Assembly (NCBI GenBank): GCA_938074605.1
Contig: CALJEI010000001.1
Coordinates: forward strand, 198,896-230,895
DNA length: 32,000 nucleotides
Source: an uncultured Ignisphaera sp.
GTDB lineage: Archaea; Thermoproteota; Thermoprotei_A; Sulfolobales; Ignisphaeraceae
Direction: 5' to 3'
Positions 1 through 9,602 of this stretch are shown piece by piece (positions within the stretch are counted from its first letter, which is position 1; every line of letters starts with the position of its first letter). The translations under genes and the position numbers were made by a program. The notes beneath the pieces are model-generated. The model ran no database searches and had not been told where the DNA came from. It saw only the letters and a list, made by a program, of their open reading frames with translations.

Positions 1-8
1 TATTTAAG

Positions 9-305
9 ATGCCAAACAATGAGGTTGTATGCCCTATCCATGGACGAGTAATGCTTGTTAAAACAGAGGAAGAGGTTGCTGAAGCAAGTTTAATTGGTAT
101 TCTAACTGAACTTGAAAAAAGTATAGCGAACATGCTAAACAACTATCTCACTAAAATTAGGAGGGGTGAGGCTAGCTATGACGATGCTAGAGATATTGTC
201 TATTGGTTAGATGCGATAGAGAGAATTGAGAGAATTAAAAAGGCGTTACATAAAGAGGAGGGCATAAAGTCTGAAAAGGAAAAAAGTGAAAAGGAAAGCT
301 CATAG
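9..305 (+). CDS. hypothetical small protein (98 aa) with Lys/Glu/Ser-rich C-terminal tail
   Basis: ATG-initiated ORF with no competing frame. I recognise no family motif. The sequence looks helical and ends in KSEKEKSEKESS. Confidence 0.4.
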   Translation: MPNNEVVCPIHGRVMLVKTEEEVAEASLIGILTELEKSIANMLNNYLTKIRRGEASYDDARDIVYWLDAIERIERIKKALHKEEGIKSEKEKSEKESS

Positions 306-1296
306 AGTTTATATAGACATACTCTTTCCAGCTGATGATATCTCTATAATAGATCATTTTTACTTTGCCAATACAGATAGCCCTTCATAAATCGATAAAC
401 TCTATCTATATCTTATATCTATAGTCTGTTAAAGCTCTACAACATATTTCATATTGGTTTATGTTAGTTGATACACTATGTGTAAAAACTATAGTCTTTC
501 TATAGTGGTATGCTAATGATATAGATGGCTACTCAAGATGTGAAGTATCTGGAGTTACCCTTAAACATCCCTAAGCCCAATGAAGCCTTCAGGTGAAATA
601 CGAGACAACGAGAATGAAACAGTAACATCAACAGCTAATATAAACCGAATAAGAGCTTAAAACCCTCCAGCAATCCTTTACCTATGGAGCTATTTTCTTC
701 TTGATTTTTCTTAAAAATATTTTATATTGTTTGTGGCTTCTTTAGTTTAGTGTTGAGTTCATTTTTATTCAGGGAGTCTGGGTATAGCAGGAGCTGTGCT
801 CTAAGTCACTTAAAGTATTACTATTTAGTGTGGTTGAAGCTTTGTGTTACTAGGCTCAATAGCTAACCACGAACCCAGAGAAAATATTTGTTGAGTGTAG
901 TGTAAAACCCTACAAATACAAAGGAACGTCAACTAGTAGAAATAGGCATCCAGAAATAAACGGCATGTATATCATAGTAATACTGAAGATGAAAACAACT
1001 TACCTATACCTATCATCATCTCATCAACTACAATAAGCTTACCACTAGCAATTTTATGGCTAAAAATACCACCTTTTAGAATATGATATGAGAAACTAAG
1101 GAATATAGACTGGGGGGATGCAACCCATGATCCAACAATGGATGAAGAGTAAAATATATGGAAATGGTATCCCTATAAACCATGAAGTATTAAAAGATTG
1201 TATTACCATTAATGCTACACTATAGCAAATTAGTGAGCTACATGGAGAAAATTCTTAGGGTGTAGGGATCGTCTTTCTATTAAACTTTGAATTACC

Positions 1297-1725
1297 TTAT
1301 ACTTTACCTGCAATACATACTCTGGCACCATTTTCTAGGGGCCTTATTTTTACTACATCTCCATTATTAATTAGCTTCATAATATTTTCAGGGACTCTAA
1401 AAACCCCCACAATATTGCATAGCACTATACCTGCTATTACAACTGGATCTAATTCATTTGAGATTATAGCTTTTGGCGCTAATCTCTTTCTACATAGTGA
1501 ATATAGCACATAGACACCTACTGTACTTCCTCTAAACTTTTCAATAACAAGTATTCTATCCTTTATGTGATGGCCTATAGCACCTGTATCCTCAGATATT
1601 ATAGTACCTGTTTTACTATCTACATCACCAAGAAAGGATAGTACTTTTAACTTTAATGCTTCTCCTTCAGCAGATCCTCCAATAATTTTGGTATTAGGAA
1701 CATCTATACAATATTCATCATACAT
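1297..1725 (-). CDS. aconitase-X swivel-domain protein (DUF126); likely phosphomevalonate dehydratase small subunit
   Basis: The track ORF (to 1827) runs into the upstream gene. The first sensible start is ATG at 1725 (MYDEYCIDV...), giving 142 aa. The pattern GGSAEGEALKL..SFLGDVD...HHIKDRILVIEKFRGSTVG fits DUF126/AcnX-S. It overlaps the AcnX catalytic-subunit gene by 22 nt. Confidence 0.75.
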   Translation of the reverse strand: MYDEYCIDVPNTKIIGGSAEGEALKLKVLSFLGDVDSKTGTIISEDTGAIGHHIKDRILVIEKFRGSTVGVYVLYSLCRKRLAPKAIISNELDPVVIAGIVLCNIVGVFRVPENIMKLINNGDVVKIRPLENGARVCIAGKV

Positions 1726-2873
1726 GATTTTATCCCAGAGAGTCTTGGTATATAGTGATGCGCCTTTCCATGTACTGTTGCTAGAAAATTGATGTGTATT
1801 GTCATTAAATTTGAGACTACAGGACATACTCCAGGGATATACTCTATCTCAATACCTTTTCTTCTCTTTTTACCAATCTTATCACCATTCTGAATTGGTA
1901 TAGCAATTAATATTTTTTCTATGCCTAGCATTTTAATCTCTTCAAAATCTATGGTATTTAATATGAACTCTGCTTCTTCGGGCATCATGTGAGGACATCC
2001 TAGAAATAATGTATTGCTGCACTTTTCTTCGGTAAAGAGTTTAAGCTCTTCAACATCTACTTCAATACGTTCTAGTAAGTTCACATCTATAGTTCTATAG
2101 ATGGTAATGGGGGTCTCATTCTTTATTATAGCTAGGGGTAAATCAGATGTCGTTGCTATTGATGCTAGCAAGTTTCTTAGAATTAATTCCTTATATACGG
2201 CATTTTCAACTGCTATGCTAACATCTATAAGTGGTATATTCTTTGAATTCCTACCTATATAGAGTCCTAAAATGCTTGCAAGCGATATTGTCTTTACATT
2301 CCCTCTTACAATAACATATTCTTTAGGTGTTCTATTTTCATCTATATGCATACCTGCATAGTATGTTTTACCTATAATTGACGCCATTAATGCTGATACA
2401 CCACTTTCTCTATTCGTATATACTCCAAGAATTGAATTTGCATATATTACAGCACTTGATTCTGCCCATGCAACATGTTCTCCATAAATTGGCCTTCTAA
2501 TTTTATAGGGAATACATGTAAAGCTATTTGGAGCTACACCAATTCTAATTAATATGTCAACTATTTTTTTCTGTTTTTCAACAATATCACTGCTGTAATA
2601 CTTGGTATAGCTTTCATGTATGGCAATAGAATATGGATTTGCAGTTGTGAATACTAAGGTCTTGGCACCCTTTACCAGCATATCTTCTAGAAATTCTAAA
2701 CCTTCATCACCTATATTAAAATATGAAACACCAGATATATGTGCATGGGAGATAGGAATTAGTTTCTCAGCCCCTAATGCCTCACCTATACTCACTAAAA
2801 TCTTTAGTGCTAACCTCTTAGCTTCACCATATTCACCATTCAGTATTCTTTCATCAATCCTATCAAGATACAT
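1704..2873 (-). CDS. aconitase-X catalytic-domain protein (DUF521); likely phosphomevalonate dehydratase large subunit
   Basis: 389 aa. The N-terminus MYLDRIDERILNGEYGEAKRLALKILVSIGEALGAEKLIPISHAHISG is typical of DUF521/AcnX. It has an ATG start and a TAG stop at 1704-1706. It is paired with a DUF126 gene and preceded by a UbiD-like gene 12 nt upstream. Confidence 0.8.
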   Translation of the reverse strand: MYLDRIDERILNGEYGEAKRLALKILVSIGEALGAEKLIPISHAHISGVSYFNIGDEGLEFLEDMLVKGAKTLVFTTANPYSIAIHESYTKYYSSDIVEKQKKIVDILIRIGVAPNSFTCIPYKIRRPIYGEHVAWAESSAVIYANSILGVYTNRESGVSALMASIIGKTYYAGMHIDENRTPKEYVIVRGNVKTISLASILGLYIGRNSKNIPLIDVSIAVENAVYKELILRNLLASIATTSDLPLAIIKNETPITIYRTIDVNLLERIEVDVEELKLFTEEKCSNTLFLGCPHMMPEEAEFILNTIDFEEIKMLGIEKILIAIPIQNGDKIGKKRRKGIEIEYIPGVCPVVSNLMTIHINFLATVHGKAHHYIPRLSGIKSCMMNIV

Positions 2874-2885
2874 ATTACATTCAAC

Positions 2886-4181
2886 CTAGATGCTTACGTA
2901 TAGAAATCTCTCTTTATCGCTAGCCTTAGGTATGGTTAAATCAAATCCTACTTTATCGCATATCCCATCAGGTGATACTGGGTCTAGTGTAGAACATCTA
3001 GCTTTTTCAATAAGTACAATACTATCCTTCCCCCTAAATCTTGTAGCAAATGCCCACTCTATCATATACAGTGAATCTATATCTATATCAGAATCTACAA
3101 CTGTAACCATCTTTAGACTTGGGTGAGCACTAAATGAAGCTAGTATGGCATTTTTAGCATCACCATCACTATTTTTCTCTATAGATATAACAGCATGTAG
3201 CCACGACCCCGCTGCCTCAAGAAGTCTGACTTTATGGATCCTTGGAACAACCCTACCGACATACTCCCATATGAGTGCCTCTTTAGAAAAACTCTGAAGA
3301 AGTTTATGCTCCTTTCCGCTTGGAAGTATAACTTGAAAATACTCATTAGTATTTATATAGATGGCGTCTATAACTATTAGTGGTTCTTTTCTAACACTAT
3401 CGTATAGATTGAGAAGATCTACAAAAGGCCCCTCATCAACTAATTCACCAGTTATTCTACCCTCCATAACCATAGCTGCAGGAACTGGTATGGGTAGTCC
3501 ATATTTTGGGGTGTATGCTATAGAAAAGTTGGGAAGCAAATTTGGCACTAAATTCATCTCAAATATTCCTAGAGGGGGTGAAGTAGCAGCCAAAAGTAAT
3601 ACTGCAGGATGAGCTCCTATAACAATTGCTATTGGCGTGTCCCTACCTTTCTCTCTATACTTATCATATATATACCTTAGATGTCTAGGTACAATTCTTG
3701 CAACAACGTAATTCTTTGATAGAAGCATTGTTCTGTGTATTGATGCATTGCATATCTCATTTAGACAAGAAATAAATATTGAGGCTGTAAGGTATCTACC
3801 GCCGTCTTTGGGGAAAAACTTAATAAATGGTATAGTATATAGATCAACTTCCTTTAGATGTGTAAAGAATTCTTCAAAGGCTTTCTCCCTAGGTTTTGCC
3901 AATTCTTTTATACTCTCTAGGAACTTCTTATATGCCTCATCATCACTTTCTACATTAAGTATATATTTATATAGTCTAAGACGACTATTCAATACATTAC
4001 CAGCACAATTCAATTCACAATTTCTTACCTTAAATAATACTATTTTTTCATCCCTATCATATTCAAAAAGTATCTTTGTAGGCACTAGCTCATTACTTAA
4101 TTCCATTTCCCTCAGATCTATAACCTCATCTTTAGGGATATTTTCGATAAACTCTTTTAATGACATACTATCGCCCAACAT
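2886..4181 (-). CDS. UbiD-family decarboxylase; likely trans-anhydromevalonate-5-phosphate decarboxylase
   Basis: 431 aa with UbiD-like blocks (DGGRYLTASIFIS, ASIHRTMLL, PIAIVIGAHPAVLL, EGPFVD). It is first in a co-directional operon with the AcnX pair. An alternative start at Met6 (4166) is possible. Confidence 0.75.
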   Translation of the reverse strand: MLGDSMSLKEFIENIPKDEVIDLREMELSNELVPTKILFEYDRDEKIVLFKVRNCELNCAGNVLNSRLRLYKYILNVESDDEAYKKFLESIKELAKPREKAFEEFFTHLKEVDLYTIPFIKFFPKDGGRYLTASIFISCLNEICNASIHRTMLLSKNYVVARIVPRHLRYIYDKYREKGRDTPIAIVIGAHPAVLLLAATSPPLGIFEMNLVPNLLPNFSIAYTPKYGLPIPVPAAMVMEGRITGELVDEGPFVDLLNLYDSVRKEPLIVIDAIYINTNEYFQVILPSGKEHKLLQSFSKEALIWEYVGRVVPRIHKVRLLEAAGSWLHAVISIEKNSDGDAKNAILASFSAHPSLKMVTVVDSDIDIDSLYMIEWAFATRFRGKDSIVLIEKARCSTLDPVSPDGICDKVGFDLTIPKASDKERFLYVSI

Positions 4182-4214
4182 CTAGGACTGTCTTCCTTTA
4201 GTAATACCTTTTCT

Positions 4215-4224
4215 ATTTATAAAT
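4215..4224 (-). promoter_or_regulatory. candidate TATA box for the mevalonate operon
   Basis: Palindromic atttataaat lies 34-43 nt upstream of the ATG at 4181. That spacing is consistent with a short-leader archaeal promoter. Confidence 0.35.
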
Positions 4225-4432
4225 TCTAGTGATATTGAAGTTATAATAAAGCACTACCTTTAAATCTTTCTATAGATGAAAACATCTACATCATTGAACT
4301 CAATAGTACTCCATAACATAAATTTTCATAAATAGTCTATAGAGATATGTAGAGCAAAACAAATCATAGATAATATTAAAATATTTCTATTCTATAATTT
4401 TAGATCTTTAACCCATAACCATGTTATTATCT

Positions 4433-5818
4433 TTATATTGGGCATCTCGACACCCTTCCTCTATCGTTCCAATATTCATCAACCTTTATTCTACCGATTA
4501 TTATACCGCTTATTACACCTTTATATGGTGTTAATATGCATATCCTTTTATTGATTGGGTCAAACTCCTCTATAACAGCTATGTCACGTTCTTCAAGTGT
4601 GTCATCAACTATTGCTGCAATTAATCCTTTGGCATTACTTGGTTTAACTATATTGATCCCTTCTCTCTGCTTAATGGTATTTATATCCACATTATCCAAT
4701 ACCATAGCAATTATTGAATCGTTATAGCTAGAGGCTGCAATAACATTTACTCCCAGCTCTTTTGAGAGTTTTTGTATAAATTCATCTAGAAACGGTAAAC
4801 CAGAGAATAGACAAGAGCCAAGTATAGCAATATTATTTATCTCTAAACACACCATTTTTGCTTCTTTAAAGTACATACTATAGTTTAACCTCCGTAGCTC
4901 CCTCCTATCTTCCCTATCTCTATGGCGTATTACCTTCGGTTTAGGTAAACAATATATTTTGACTGAAGAACCCCTAAATACATTACTTAACATGTTACAT
5001 GCTTCTACCCCTAGAGCAATAACTGATTTAGGTTTTACACTTTTTATTAAGGTAATTTTGTATTCAATTGATGCTAAATCACCAAACCATCCATCTGTAT
5101 TTACTATAACTAGATCAGATTTATTAGTTTCAGCTATACCTATCAACTCCATTATTGCTGACATAATTCTACCCATTGCGACAGGAGTTGATGGGGTTGT
5201 ATACCCTATAAACCTTATTATATCTCCTTTTAATTCACGTAACCAAATCACTTTATTTTTCATAAACTTTAGTGCTATAAAGCCAGGGGGAGCTAAATCA
5301 CATTGCCCCACATCTGCATCAATTATTGCTGGCCTTAGGTTAAACTCTAATGCTATATTTGATAATAGTGTTGAAAATGAGGTCTTCCCACTATCTACAG
5401 CACCTACTACAATAACCCTCTTTCCCTCTCTAACTATATTCATCGCCATCTGTTCCCATAAATCTATCACCTCTTCACCCTCAGATGGATACTCAACCGC
5501 ACCCCCCTCACCAATAAAGAAACCCACCATGGAATCTGCAACAGCCTTTACAGCATAGCTTCTATACCTGTTAACATAAACTCTTTGAGGTGCATATATG
5601 TTAACCCCTAATATCCTTATACATCCTTTTACAACATCTATTCTTACTGGTCCAGTAACTCTAACTATTGTATTTTTCTCCAATAATACATTTGAATACA
5701 ATGATGTTAGTAGTTCCATTAACCCTTCATCTGAAGAATTACTTCTATGTATATTGCCATTCATATTATCAGCCATATTAACTAAGTAGTGCCTTTTTGT
5801 TACTGCTTTGTTCTTCAT
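4433..5818 (-). CDS. Clp1/Grc3-family polynucleotide 5'-hydroxyl kinase
   Basis: The P-loop RVIVVGAVDSGKTSFSTLLSN followed by AIIDADVGQCDLAPPGFIAL is the Clp1 kinase signature. The length fits a three-domain protein. The true start may be an internal Met (M15, M19 or M34). Confidence 0.65.
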   Translation of the reverse strand: MKNKAVTKRHYLVNMADNMNGNIHRSNSSDEGLMELLTSLYSNVLLEKNTIVRVTGPVRIDVVKGCIRILGVNIYAPQRVYVNRYRSYAVKAVADSMVGFFIGEGGAVEYPSEGEEVIDLWEQMAMNIVREGKRVIVVGAVDSGKTSFSTLLSNIALEFNLRPAIIDADVGQCDLAPPGFIALKFMKNKVIWLRELKGDIIRFIGYTTPSTPVAMGRIMSAIMELIGIAETNKSDLVIVNTDGWFGDLASIEYKITLIKSVKPKSVIALGVEACNMLSNVFRGSSVKIYCLPKPKVIRHRDREDRRELRRLNYSMYFKEAKMVCLEINNIAILGSCLFSGLPFLDEFIQKLSKELGVNVIAASSYNDSIIAMVLDNVDINTIKQREGINIVKPSNAKGLIAAIVDDTLEERDIAVIEEFDPINKRICILTPYKGVISGIIIGRIKVDEYWNDRGRVSRCPI

Positions 5819-6254
5819 AAGGATTTGTATAGGTTAGTGTTATAGAAGACTTATAAAGATTTCTCAATCAATTGCTATGTTGTGCCATTCAATGAGGAAT
5901 TGAGAGCTTATTGAGATTCCTAATGAAAACTTTTCTAAGAATAACTAAAACAGCCTCAAAGATAAGAAATGCCTGAAGCCACTCTAAATACCCCTAAGGA
6001 CCGTGTAGCTCCAAAAACTAATGTAGAGATAGAGTAATGAAACCAATCATACAAATCAGTATAAGAGCTAAACTCCATACTATTATAACATTAAAGTGGC
6101 TAGCCTATTCCAATTCCATATGAAATTCACCCCCTATACGGATTTACATCGATTAGCATATATTATTGCTCTTAATTATCCAACAGGTAGTAAGCTATGT
6201 AGCAAAACTAGAAAATGACAATTAAATATAATTTATTTAAGAGCAATAATATAC

Positions 6255-6938
6255 CTATACCTTATCGCTGTATATTCTTTGCAATGCTATATTTAATGCT
6301 GCTAAAGAATCTTCATCAACCTTTGTATTCTCTACCTCCAGTTTTCGCCTTGAACTTCCATTCTCCGATATAAATTCTATCACAGCACTTTCCTTTAATA
6401 GGCTTGCTAGCTTATTTACAAAGTCCTCATATCCTCTATGAGGTTTATTAGGAAGCCCTATTCTAATTATCTTTCTCTCGACATTTATGCTATCTATAAA
6501 CATCTTTATAATCCTTAATGCTTCAGCTTTATCTCTATAGCTATTAATAAAAACCACATCAGAATCTACAATAATTGCAATACCTATCCTCTCCCCATAA
6601 TCAATCCCTACTATAATGCTTCCTATCTTAATGCTTGAAGTCCTAGAAAGGATAATACCCATAATGGCACTTCTCTCAACACCAATAGTATCAATATTTA
6701 GTATAACACCATTAATTTCTATATGCATTTCATTTATATACCTTAAACCATTCTCATCAACAATAATGATGCCATAAACCTCCTTACTGTTTTCATCTAT
6801 ACCCTTTACTAGCACCCTATAGCTATTAAGTATGTTCAGTATTTTCATAAGTTTTCTTGAATCATATATAGCTACAACTATATCTCTCCTTTGCTTTTCA
6901 ATATTGATAGACTCCACCCTACTAAATTTTTTAATCAT
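6255..6938 (-). CDS. hypothetical protein with C-terminal YqgF/RuvX-like (RNase H-fold) nuclease motif
   Basis: 227 aa with an ATG start. IVGIDYGERIGIAIIVDSD resembles the GxDxGxxRIGxA motif of YqgF/RuvX. The N-terminal ~100 aa are unassigned. Confidence 0.55.
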   Translation of the reverse strand: MIKKFSRVESINIEKQRRDIVVAIYDSRKLMKILNILNSYRVLVKGIDENSKEVYGIIIVDENGLRYINEMHIEINGVILNIDTIGVERSAIMGIILSRTSSIKIGSIIVGIDYGERIGIAIIVDSDVVFINSYRDKAEALRIIKMFIDSINVERKIIRIGLPNKPHRGYEDFVNKLASLLKESAVIEFISENGSSRRKLEVENTKVDEDSLAALNIALQRIYSDKV

Positions 6939-7074
6939 CAGATATTAACGCGAAACCTTACATCACCTTAGCTCAGATCCCGGATTCTTCTTCATCTCAC
7001 TATTACTGCTACTCTATTCAGGAGAGTTAAGGTTAATATATCTGACTCTCTTTAGCTGATTAGATGGGATTAAT

Positions 7075-7680
7075 ATGCTAACACTATTAAGAAATAGTGT
7101 AAATAGAGTCATGGTTAGAGCAGCTTATGTTTGCCAAAGATTAAATTTATCGCCAAATCTAGTTACATTACTGGGTTTAGCTGTATCCACATTGGCTATC
7201 CCATCAGCAATTTATAGAAACCATCTTTTACTATTTCTTATAATTATTATAGCCTCTTTTATGGATGTTCTTGATGGTACACTTGCCCGTTTAAGTAGAC
7301 AGGTAACAGCTTTTGGTGGGGTATTAGACTCTATTTGTGATCGAATTGAGGAATTCATATTTCTACTCTCATTATATATTATGGGAGTATCAATATTTCT
7401 TGTATTTATAGCCTTCACCATTTCATACACTATAAGCTATCTGAGGGCATTAGGTGAAATAAGGGGTATAAAGATGGAGGGTATAGGTCTGTTAGAACGT
7501 GGCGATAGAATAATACTAATAGCTATTACAGTACTTCTACTCTTCATATCCAGTAACAAATCGAATACCCCCCTAGGTATCCACATATATGAAATCCCAA
7601 TAGTGTTAATAATAATCCTTGGCACTATAACAATGATACAGAGAATTCTATACCTATACACAAACCTTAAAAATAGGTGA
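7075..7680 (+). CDS. CDP-alcohol phosphatidyltransferase family protein (archaetidyl-inositol-phosphate or -serine synthase type)
   Basis: DVLDGTLARLSRQVTAFGGVLDSICDRIEE matches the D-G-x2-A-R-x8-G-x3-D-x3-D signature. Several predicted TM helices are present. Confidence 0.8.
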   Translation: MLTLLRNSVNRVMVRAAYVCQRLNLSPNLVTLLGLAVSTLAIPSAIYRNHLLLFLIIIIASFMDVLDGTLARLSRQVTAFGGVLDSICDRIEEFIFLLSLYIMGVSIFLVFIAFTISYTISYLRALGEIRGIKMEGIGLLERGDRIILIAITVLLLFISSNKSNTPLGIHIYEIPIVLIIILGTITMIQRILYLYTNLKNR

Positions 7681-7697
7681 CTAAGTAGATAATAGGT

Positions 7698-7994
7698 TTA
7701 AGCTAATTTCTGTAGCGAGCTTGTTTTCTTCCTCTCCTCCTCCGATCTAACCTTTATTATTCCATAGAATATAGCACAATTTATACAATAACACTTTGTT
7801 ACCGGATACCTCATTATTATAGCACCCTTTTTTTCCAACTCTAATGCAAGTTGGGGATCTACAGGCGAGTACATTCTTGTAACACATACGATTTTATCCT
7901 CTGGCACCATAGCACCACAATTATCGCATTGAACCCTATTCACAGACCCCTTATCTCCCTTTCTACGACCCCTACTCTCTCTCTTTTTAGGCAT
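7698..7994 (-). CDS. rps26e: 30S ribosomal protein eS26
   Basis: MPKKRESRGRRKGDKGSVNRVQCDNCGAMVPEDK.. is the eS26 N-terminus and zinc-ribbon region. The track start at 8003 is a GTG. The ATG at 7994 gives the canonical MPKKR start. Confidence 0.85.
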   Translation of the reverse strand: MPKKRESRGRRKGDKGSVNRVQCDNCGAMVPEDKIVCVTRMYSPVDPQLALELEKKGAIIMRYPVTKCYCINCAIFYGIIKVRSEEERKKTSSLQKLA

Positions 7995-8085
7995 TACTAC
8001 CACCTAACAAAAATACAACTTTAATCATGTTTTTAACTCCTTAAAAGTTGTAATGAAAAAATTATCTATGGTATTTCCTATCACA

Positions 8086-9576
8086 TTAGTATCTCTTAGC
8101 AATAGCTATAAATGTTGACGCCTTTTTATCACAAAATCCACACTCAGTTTCAATAGATATTAGTTCTATTTTTAGCCTCGCTAGTGAATCTTTATACACC
8201 TCTCCTAATACTTCAATGCCCTCCTCACTTTCTATTAATTTATGTACACATCCTTCATTACCACACCATGGCAGTATAGCTATTCCACCCTCGTTTTTAA
8301 CTATCTTTGAAGCATCATGAAACTTATTAATAACCCTAATATTTGATTTAAACCAACTCCATGCCCGTAACTCAATACCGTAACTTATTTCGTCAAGACA
8401 CCTCTTCAGCTCCTGTATAAGCTCCTCAACCCCCACAGTTTTTCTTCTCATAGTATCCCTTCTAAATACTGTTACAATACCACTTTGAATCTCTTTATAG
8501 CCTATTTCAATTCTTATTGGTACACCCTTTAGCTCCCACTCAAAGAATTTATCAACTGGTTTCATATCCTCTCTTCTATCAATGTACACCCTTATACCTG
8601 CTTGCATCAAAATATTGGCAATTTTATCACAGTATTCATTTATCATTTTAAATATAGCATTATCAGAATGTGGAATTGGTATGATTACCACTTGATATGG
8701 TGCTATAATAGGTGGTAATATAAGGCCTCTTTCATCGCTATGGAATGCTATTATAGATGCTATTACACGTTCAGATATACCATAACTCGTCTGCCATGCA
8801 TAGTCTATACTCTCATCACGTTTCTGTATCTTTACATCAAAAACTGAGGTAAATGTTTGCCCTAAGTTATGTACAGTTCCTATTTGTATAGCTTTGCCAT
8901 CAGGGAATATAGTATCGAATGCAATGGTGTATAGAGCACCTGCAAACTTATCCCATTGTGGTCTTCTTGTAATTATATAGGGAATACCAATCCTATCAAA
9001 GAATCTGCTGTATATCTCTATAGCCTCCACCACCTGCCTTTCACAATCACTAAAGTCTTCATGCAGTGTATGGGCTTCTTTAAATGTAGTTACCTCTCTA
9101 ACTCTTATCATAGGTTTTGTCATTTTAGTTTCATATCTAAAGATGCTCACAATCTGATAGTATTTCTTAGGAAGCTGTTTATAACTCTTTACCCAAAAAC
9201 TCTCCATGTAACTTAATGCCGTTTCACTTGTTGGCCTTAAAATTAGCCTTACGTCTAACTCCTCATGTCCACCTCTAGTTATCCACAGCACCTCACCTTC
9301 AAATCCCCTAACATGCTCGCTCTCCTTTCTGAACAGTGTCTCTGGTATCAGTAGAGGAAGGAGTATCTCTTCATGGCCAGTTCCATCAAGTAGCAATCTA
9401 ATTAATTCTACAACATGCCTCCTTATCTTAAATCCATACGATAGCCACACCCCCATGCCCTTGACAGGATATCTCCCATAGTCATATATCTCTGCTTCTC
9501 TTATAATCCATTCAAACCATTCGCTAAAGCTTTCCCCATATTTTTTTAAGATATTTCTCTCCTGCATAAATCTCAT
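8086..9576 (-). CDS. proS: prolyl-tRNA synthetase (archaeal/eukaryal type)
   Basis: Class II motifs are present ([21 protein letters not shown]), with an anticodon-binding domain and a C-terminal Cys-containing domain. The track start at 9579 is TTG. An ATG follows one codon later, at 9576. Confidence 0.9.
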   Translation of the reverse strand: MRFMQERNILKKYGESFSEWFEWIIREAEIYDYGRYPVKGMGVWLSYGFKIRRHVVELIRLLLDGTGHEEILLPLLIPETLFRKESEHVRGFEGEVLWITRGGHEELDVRLILRPTSETALSYMESFWVKSYKQLPKKYYQIVSIFRYETKMTKPMIRVREVTTFKEAHTLHEDFSDCERQVVEAIEIYSRFFDRIGIPYIITRRPQWDKFAGALYTIAFDTIFPDGKAIQIGTVHNLGQTFTSVFDVKIQKRDESIDYAWQTSYGISERVIASIIAFHSDERGLILPPIIAPYQVVIIPIPHSDNAIFKMINEYCDKIANILMQAGIRVYIDRREDMKPVDKFFEWELKGVPIRIEIGYKEIQSGIVTVFRRDTMRRKTVGVEELIQELKRCLDEISYGIELRAWSWFKSNIRVINKFHDASKIVKNEGGIAILPWCGNEGCVHKLIESEEGIEVLGEVYKDSLARLKIELISIETECGFCDKKASTFIAIAKRY

Positions 9577-9602
9577 CAACTAACAAACTATAGTCCACTT
9601 CA

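Noticed and set aside
332-377. C/D-like pattern cUGAUGA-12-AGAU-7-12-CAGA on the plus strand
   Set aside because: The C' element (cattttt) is unrecognisable, D' lacks the terminal GA, the D box is CAGA rather than CUGA, and the unit is short (46 nt). This is not better than chance.
2620-5789. Plus-strand ORFs antisense to the mevalonate and Clp1 genes (2620-2889, 2890-3126, 3361-3612, 3748-4185, 4536-4727, 4959-5558, 5598-5789), including a 199-aa one
   Set aside because: All lie entirely inside minus-strand genes that carry clear family motifs. Their translations are Ser/Leu/Ile/Thr-rich low-complexity strings, typical of shadow frames in AT-rich DNA.
560-6090. Apparent relatedness between spacers 560-690 and 5950-6090 (shared aatgaaac, ataagagct, ctcca in the same order), suggesting a dispersed element or paralogous decayed small ORFs
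   Set aside because: The shared words are only 5-9 nt with variable spacing. A 9-mer match between spacers of this size and AT content is expected by chance. A real alignment or search would be needed.
6966-6985. tRNA-like string ccttagctcagatcccgg (resembles a D-arm TAGCTCAG)
   Set aside because: No acceptor stem, anticodon arm or T-arm (GGTTCGAATCC-like) follows. It is part of an imperfect inverted repeat (accttagctc / gagagttaaggt) in a divergent promoter region, not a tRNA.
6973-7040. Half of a C/D architecture on the minus strand upstream of the 6255-6938 gene: CUGA - 22 nt - AUGAAGA - 12 nt (AGAAUCCGGGAU) - CUGA
   Set aside because: No C box (RUGAUGA) exists at or near 12-13 nt upstream of the putative D' box, and the internal loop would be long. 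It may still merit a look in RNA-seq, but the sequence alone does not support an sRNA call.
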